This document shows, piece by piece, positions 25,642-31,080 of a stretch of DNA of 31,080 nt; position 1 is the stretch's first letter; each line of letters opens with the position of its first letter. The position numbers and the translations under genes are program-made. The stretch lies in contig JBLNCY010000028.1 in NCBI GenBank assembly GCA_050261115.1, forward strand, positions 1-31,080, read 5' to 3'. The notes beneath the pieces were generated by a model that saw only the letters and a program-made list of their open reading frames with translations, searched no databases and was not told where the DNA came from. Source of the DNA: Methanocella sp. GTDB lineage: Archaea > Thermoproteota > Bathyarchaeia > Bathyarchaeales > Bathycorpusculaceae.

Positions 25642-28600
25642 ATGACTCACGAAAAACTCAACGCTTTCGGAAAACTCGGTCGATTAATAACTAAGAGAAA
25701 ATTCGCGGTCCTCAGCATCTGGATTTTACTATTAGCAATTATTCTTCCAGTTGTGTTTACAGCCGCAGGCTATACTTCTTTAACGTTTGATTCTTCCACC
25801 GACGAAAACACCGAATCGGGCAAAGCAAGCAGCATAATTAAGGAGCACTTTAAAAGCGCAGTATCTAACGATTCTCTCATAATAGTCATATCTACTGATG
25901 ACGCGTCGTCGATTGAGACCCAAGCTTTTGTGGACGAGTTGGTAGATAGACTCCAAAATGACACCCGCCTGATAGGCGTCGAAAACGTAACAAGTATTTA
26001 CTCGATTCTTATTCCCGCACTTAACCAAACAAACCAAGCGGTTTATCTAGTCTATAACAATGGGAACTTAACCTACAACCTGCTCTACAGTGTCCCAACG
26101 ATTTACTCAAAAGTCTGGGATACCGCCTTCAACACAGCATTATCACAGTTAGTTCCAGGATTAAACCAAACCAACCAAGCAGTCTATCAACTTATCCCAG
26201 CCGCAAACCAAACCTACAACCTACTATACAGCGTACCCTACATTTACGCAAACGTCTACGCCAACGCCTACAACACAACCCGCGACTCAACCCTGGTTCC
26301 AGCAATCAACCAAACAAACCAAGGCGTCAACACCGTTCTATACAACGCAAACATGACCTGTAATCTCCTCTACGGTCCAGGCGCATTGTACCTTCAATAC
26401 TGGGTAGCCAATTATACCGAAACCTTCGATGTCACTCAAGCCAATGACTACGCTAACCAAATGACCGACCAAACACTACAGCAAGCCGATCCTAACGCCT
26501 ACGCATACACCTCACAGGTACTTGCCATATTCCATAATGCATGGCAAAGCACATTCACAAACTTCACAAACCCCGCCATGACCCCCCAGGAGCGTGCTAT
26601 TGCCGCCTCAGCAATAACCACCCAAACATACATAGCATCCCTACCCGACGCAACCGAAGCACAGTTTGTCACTGCTGTCACAAGCACCCTAACCTTCCAA
26701 GATTACCTCTCAAATAGTCAAGAACAGAACAACGCTATACTAACTGGGCTATCCATTCAGATGGTTGCCATCCAAGGAGGCGTCTCAACAGAGTACGTTA
26801 CTGCTGCTTATGGCTTGGGCATAAACCCCTCTTTCTCTTCATTAACTGCTCTAGCTGAGAGCATTATCCAAACACCAAACGCATACAATATGGGCACAGA
26901 CTTCATCTCAACTTTTAATGAAGTTGCCTATAACCAAACCCGCGACATCCTATCCCAAGCCGACGCAGACGCCTATGCGCAGTATACGGGTCCTCTTCTA
27001 TCTGCCTTTAACACCACTTGGGTACTTAGCTTTCAAAACACAACTCTACAATCATACCCAGTTATGCAGCGTGCTTCACTGGCTGCAAACATAACTAACA
27101 AGGCTTTCATTGAGCAAGCTTTCAGCGGAAACGCCACTGCCAAAGCCTTCGCAACAGCAGTAATCAACTCTTTCTCGTTTGAAACTTACATAAATAACAC
27201 ATTAACTAACAACGCTAACCTCCAGGGGCAACTGGAAAACTTTGCAATCCGCTTTATAGCTAACCAAGCGGACAGCACAGAGGCGTTTGTTAGGGCAGCC
27301 TACACTCTAGGCTCCGCGCCCAGCCAGGCTTCCCTAACTTCAAAGGCTAAAGACATCATCTGGCATGGCACCAACTATGGCATGGATAACTTCCTAACGG
27401 AATTCAACAAGGTCTCCTTTGACCAAACTAAATCAATCCTTGAAAAAGCAGACAAAGAAGCATACGCAAACTACACTTCCCACATGCTATCATACTTCAA
27501 CACTGCCTGGGCTGCAAGAATACCCAGCTCGCCAACTGAGAACTGGATCAACAACACCGCAGCAAAGGCCAGCCAGGAAGCGAACACGAAATTCATCGCT
27601 AACCACCTTGGCGACAATCAAGACTTCGCAAACGCCATAGCCCAAACCTTCATGCTAAGCGACTTTATGTCAGGCAACACATCATACACCAACGCAAAAC
27701 TCTACGATTTCACAATTAACTACGTGGCTAACGAGTCTGGCTTATCCGAGGACTTAGTGAAAGCTATATTCGGTATGGGAGAGAACGCAACTCTAACTGC
27801 TCTAAGAACCTTAGCCTCAGATATTGTATATGACCCCTACTACTACAATGTAGGCGATGGGCTAGATACGGCAATTTCGTCGTTTGTTTCTCCCCAAAAC
27901 GATGTTACACTGGTGTCTATCACTTTTGATGATTCCCATGACGAAAACCTCTTGGTAATAAGAGACATCACCCAGACTATGCTCGCGAAAAACCCCCTTG
28001 ACATCACTGGAGTGGACGTTACGGGTTCTGACGCCATCAACTTTGACTTCATGGAGGCAACTAATGCAGACTTAGACTTGATTCTCCCTGTCACCATCGC
28101 CCTGCTGGTAATAGCGACTGCTTTGTTCTTCCGATCAATCGTAACCCCTATCATTACCTTGGGTACAATCGGTATCGGCCTTGGCGTTTCACAGATCTTC
28201 CCATACTTGGTGGGTACCTACATCAACCCCGTTGACTACACCATCTCAACCGTACTCTTAACAGTCATCTTAGGAGTCGGAACCGACTACAGCATCTTTG
28301 TCATTGCACGGCACCGAGAAGAACGAATCAACGGGTTACCCGTAATTGAAGCAATCAAACAATCCGTCACTTGGGCGGGCGAGAGTATCGTTACAAGCGG
28401 CATAACCGTCATCATCTCCTTCCTTGCCTTGTCATTTACAAGCACCGTTATGCTTCAAACCATGGGCTTAATCATTGGATTAGGCGTCATAGTTACGCTT
28501 TTGGCCTCCCTAACCGTTGCGCCAGCATTAACAGCCATCTTAGGCGATAGAATTTTCTGGCCAAATACGGGTAAACGCTTTGAAAAGTACGCGGAAGGTA

Positions 28601-29844
28601 TAGCTGAAAAGAATCGGCAAAAAGGCGGCTACTTCGCACGAAGCGGCGCCTTCTCAGTGAAACATGGTAAGGCAATCATACTTGTCGCCATACTGATCAC
28701 TGTGCCAGCCTTCTACCTCTACTCGACCACAACACAAACCTACGATGTCATCGGCAGCGCCTCCAACAACCTTGAATCCATCCGAGGCATGAACAGCCTG
28801 ACGGACTCTTTTGGCGGCGGCAGAATGTTACCCTCCTATGTAGTGGTCACCTTCTCCAGCCCAATACTGTATAGTAATGGCAGCTTTAACATGGAAAAGA
28901 TGTCCGCGTTAGATGACATCGCAACCTACATTGTAGGACATGACGGCGTTGACAAAGTAACTGGACCAACTAACCCCTACGGAACCACAGTGGATTACCA
29001 CTCAATAACCAACGACTCTGACTACACAACATACAGCAGCATGATAAGCTGCATCGGCGACGACAACAGCTCCGCCTTGATAACCGTCCAGTTCACCGCT
29101 GACCCCTACTCCACCACAGCAATGGATGTTGCAGAAGACATCCGAACAAACCTGCACCAAAACTTCGACAACACAACCGACCTAACAGGCCTCTATCTTG
29201 GCGGAACAACAGGAGCAATTCTTGACCAAAGAAGCAACTTTGAGCAAGAATTCAATGCGATTCTTCCCATCGTCATTATAGGCGTAGGCATCGTGCTCTT
29301 CATAGTGTTGGGTTCGCTGATTTTGCCGATTTTCGCAGTACTCTCCGTGTTGATGAGTATTGTTTGGACGCTCGCCGCCACGATAATTGTCTTCCAATCC
29401 TTCTTTGGATACGGCATGCTATTCATGACCCCGCTCATCCTCTTCGTACTATTGCTAGGCATAGGCATGGACTACAACATCTTTATCTTGACACGCATAC
29501 GTGAGGAAGCAGCCAAGGGCAAAAGCCAAAACGAAGCCATCATAAACGCCATACAGCAGACTGGCGGAATCATTACAGCAGCCGCCATCATACTTGCAGG
29601 CTCACTAGGCGCACTCATGCTATCGAGCAACATGATGCTATGCGAAATGGGATTCGCGTTCGCGTTTAGTATCTTAATCGATGCGCTGGTTGTGCGAACC
29701 TATCTTGTGCCGGCGGTTATGTCGACCTTTGGCAAATGGAACTGGTACAATCCAATCAAACGTTTACGCCGAGTCAAAGAAGACAATGCAAACCCTGCCA
29801 TCGCAGCCGATTCCGAGGATAGGCCTCAATCAACGGGGAACTAA
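25642..29844 (+). CDS. MMPL/RND family transporter with a very large extracytoplasmic insertion (1400 aa)
   Basis: GVGTDYSIFVIARHREE and GIGMDYNIFILTRIREE, TGGIITAAAIILAG, DALVVRTYLVPA; ATG 25642. Confidence 0.92.
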   Translation: MTHEKLNAFGKLGRLITKRKFAVLSIWILLLAIILPVVFTAAGYTSLTFDSSTDENTESGKASSIIKEHFKSAVSNDSLIIVISTDDASSIETQAFVDELVDRLQNDTRLIGVENVTSIYSILIPALNQTNQAVYLVYNNGNLTYNLLYSVPTIYSKVWDTAFNTALSQLVPGLNQTNQAVYQLIPAANQTYNLLYSVPYIYANVYANAYNTTRDSTLVPAINQTNQGVNTVLYNANMTCNLLYGPGALYLQYWVANYTETFDVTQANDYANQMTDQTLQQADPNAYAYTSQVLAIFHNAWQSTFTNFTNPAMTPQERAIAASAITTQTYIASLPDATEAQFVTAVTSTLTFQDYLSNSQEQNNAILTGLSIQMVAIQGGVSTEYVTAAYGLGINPSFSSLTALAESIIQTPNAYNMGTDFISTFNEVAYNQTRDILSQADADAYAQYTGPLLSAFNTTWVLSFQNTTLQSYPVMQRASLAANITNKAFIEQAFSGNATAKAFATAVINSFSFETYINNTLTNNANLQGQLENFAIRFIANQADSTEAFVRAAYTLGSAPSQASLTSKAKDIIWHGTNYGMDNFLTEFNKVSFDQTKSILEKADKEAYANYTSHMLSYFNTAWAARIPSSPTENWINNTAAKASQEANTKFIANHLGDNQDFANAIAQTFMLSDFMSGNTSYTNAKLYDFTINYVANESGLSEDLVKAIFGMGENATLTALRTLASDIVYDPYYYNVGDGLDTAISSFVSPQNDVTLVSITFDDSHDENLLVIRDITQTMLAKNPLDITGVDVTGSDAINFDFMEATNADLDLILPVTIALLVIATALFFRSIVTPIITLGTIGIGLGVSQIFPYLVGTYINPVDYTISTVLLTVILGVGTDYSIFVIARHREERINGLPVIEAIKQSVTWAGESIVTSGITVIISFLALSFTSTVMLQTMGLIIGLGVIVTLLASLTVAPALTAILGDRIFWPNTGKRFEKYAEGIAEKNRQKGGYFARSGAFSVKHGKAIILVAILITVPAFYLYSTTTQTYDVIGSASNNLESIRGMNSLTDSFGGGRMLPSYVVVTFSSPILYSNGSFNMEKMSALDDIATYIVGHDGVDKVTGPTNPYGTTVDYHSITNDSDYTTYSSMISCIGDDNSSALITVQFTADPYSTTAMDVAEDIRTNLHQNFDNTTDLTGLYLGGTTGAILDQRSNFEQEFNAILPIVIIGVGIVLFIVLGSLILPIFAVLSVLMSIVWTLAATIIVFQSFFGYGMLFMTPLILFVLLLGIGMDYNIFILTRIREEAAKGKSQNEAIINAIQQTGGIITAAAIILAGSLGALMLSSNMMLCEMGFAFAFSILIDALVVRTYLVPAVMSTFGKWNWYNPIKRLRRVKEDNANPAIAADSEDRPQSTGN
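26008..26420 (+). repeat. Three 47-48-aa intragenic repeats (type A) in the MMPL loop
   Basis: L(I/V)P(A/G)(L/I)NQTNQ(A/G)V...N.T.NLLY starting at 26008, 26149 and 26293. Confidence 0.9.
26450..27845 (+). repeat. Three ~160-aa intragenic repeats (type B) in the MMPL loop
   Basis: T..(T/I)L..AD..AYA.YT...L..F...W...F..A(V/I)...V.A(AY/IF).(L/M)G, with AD at 26485, 26959 and 27448. Confidence 0.85.
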
Positions 29845-29849
29845 TCCCC

Positions 29850-29872
29850 TCTTTCTATTTCCTTTTTTCTTG
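29850..29872 (+). terminator. Pyrimidine/oligo-T terminator of the MMPL gene
   Basis: TCTTTCTATTTCCTTTTTTCTT directly after the stop. Confidence 0.5.
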
Positions 29873-29966
29873 TGCTAAACCAGTGTAAGCTTTAGCAATT
29901 TTTCTAACGCTGATTCTCAATAACTGTCTTGCCCTCTGTAGTTCTGGCAAGTGCAACTTTGGCAAG

Positions 29967-29975
29967 TTATAAATA
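29967..29975 (+). promoter_or_regulatory. Putative TATA box of the PQQ-repeat gene
   Basis: TTATAAATA about 30 nt upstream of the AGGAG at 30005. Confidence 0.5.
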
Positions 29976-30019
29976 ATACATATATCGAAAAAGGAATCCT
30001 ATTCAGGAGAGAGAAAAGT

Positions 30020-31080
30020 ACGAGAAACATAAAGAACTTAAAACAAAAAATCATTGCAACAGCAATCGTTGCAGTGATGCTGCTCTCAATCTCAGCGCTA
30101 ACTCCCACCGCTTCAGCAGCAGACTACCCTACCTGGCTATTCTTAACAGTGCAACCAGATCCCATAGGCATCGGCCAAGCCGCAAACGTTGTCTACTGGC
30201 TCGATAAAGCGCCACCCACCGCGTCTGGACCACGAGGCGACCGATGGCAAGGCTGGACACTTGAAATCACAGACCCCGACGGCGCCAAAAAAACCATGAA
30301 ACTAGCCGAATCAGACGCAGCCGGTTCAGGCATAATAAAATTCGTCCCTGACAAGCTTGGCAACTACACCTTCAAGATGTATTTCCCAGGACAGAACATA
30401 ACCCAGGGCTCAGCCATAAACTGGTATAAACCCTCAGAAAGCGCAACCGTACAGTTGACTGTTCAGGAGGACCAGATACAGCCAATACCCTACATACCCC
30501 TACCAACAGATTACTGGAGCCGACCCATAAACGCGGCAAACCACGGCTGGAATCAGCTGGGCGGCAACTGGTTAGCCGGAGGCTCAGCAGGACCCCACGG
30601 ACCCAGATGCTATGACAGCAACGGCAACTTTAACCCCTACGGCACCGCGCCAAACTCACCCCACGTCATGTGGACAAAGGAGATCGCTTTTGGTGGAATC
30701 GTCGGTGAAGCAACAGGTGACACTAACTATTTCCCAGGCGAAACCTATGACCGCAAATTCCAGCCACCAATCATCATGCAGGGCAGACTCTACTATAACC
30801 AACGCTTAGGCGTCGCTGGCTGGCAAGGCCTTTACTGCGTCGATTTACAGACCGGCGAAGAAATTTGGTTCAAGAACGCTACTACTGCAACTTTTGGTCA
30901 ATTACTTGACTGGCAGACACCCAACGTACACGGTATCATCCCGCACCTCTGGGCTGTTTCTGGAAGTACCTACAAGATGTATGATGCATTCACAGGCGAC
31001 TGGATACTCGACGTACAAAACGTACCCTCAGGCACCATGGTCTATGGACCAAACGGCGAAATCCTAATCTACACATTAAC
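30020..31080 (+). CDS. Secreted PQQ-like beta-propeller repeat protein, truncated at the window edge, non-canonical start
   Basis: Not in the ORF track. Signal peptide RNIKNLKQKIIATAIVAVMLLSISALTPTASA, then PDPIGIGQ, DYWSRPINA.N.GW...GNWL, APNSPHVMWTKEIAFGGIVG, PPIIMQGRLYY, GLYCVDLQTGEEIW. Confidence 0.8.

Noticed and set aside
26008-26420. AACCAAAC(A/C)AACCAAG nucleotide repeats as a CRISPR-like array
   Set aside because: In-frame coding repeats with synonymous variation and 141-144-nt spacing; no cas genes.
30612-30809. 65-aa plus-strand ORF
   Set aside because: Alternative frame inside the PQQ-repeat gene.

Overview
Archaeal chromosomal DNA. Gene content (aIF-1A, PolB, archaeal DnaG, HTH_10 regulator, secreted PQQ-propeller protein) suggests TACK/Bathyarchaeia; this is an inference. 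From left to right: a partial secreted beta-helix protein, an ABC-2 exporter and several microproteins (AbrB-like, a single C2H2 zinc finger). Next is an AT-rich islet with a putative mini-antitoxin and a GNAT-toxin/DUF4268 chimera, followed by a PEBP protein, an LMW phosphatase-like protein, a secreted protein and a second ABC-2 exporter. A divergently split cluster encodes a complex-I-like group 4 [NiFe] hydrogenase with no small subunit in the window. The rest holds aIF-1A, a family B DNA polymerase, dnaG, a ParB-domain protein, an HTH_10 regulator, a giant MMPL transporter and a partial PQQ-repeat protein. Most striking observations: (1) two unrelated genes (dnaG and the PQQ-repeat gene) lack a usable ATG/GTG/TTG and have ACG exactly 10 nt after AGGAG; (2) the PolB has all three proofreading motifs degenerate but an intact polymerase site; (3) the hydrogenase antiporter subunits have altered key charged residues; (4) the MMPL loop has a nested A-A-A-B-B-B repeat. 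No rRNA, tRNA, CRISPR array or transposase was recognised.
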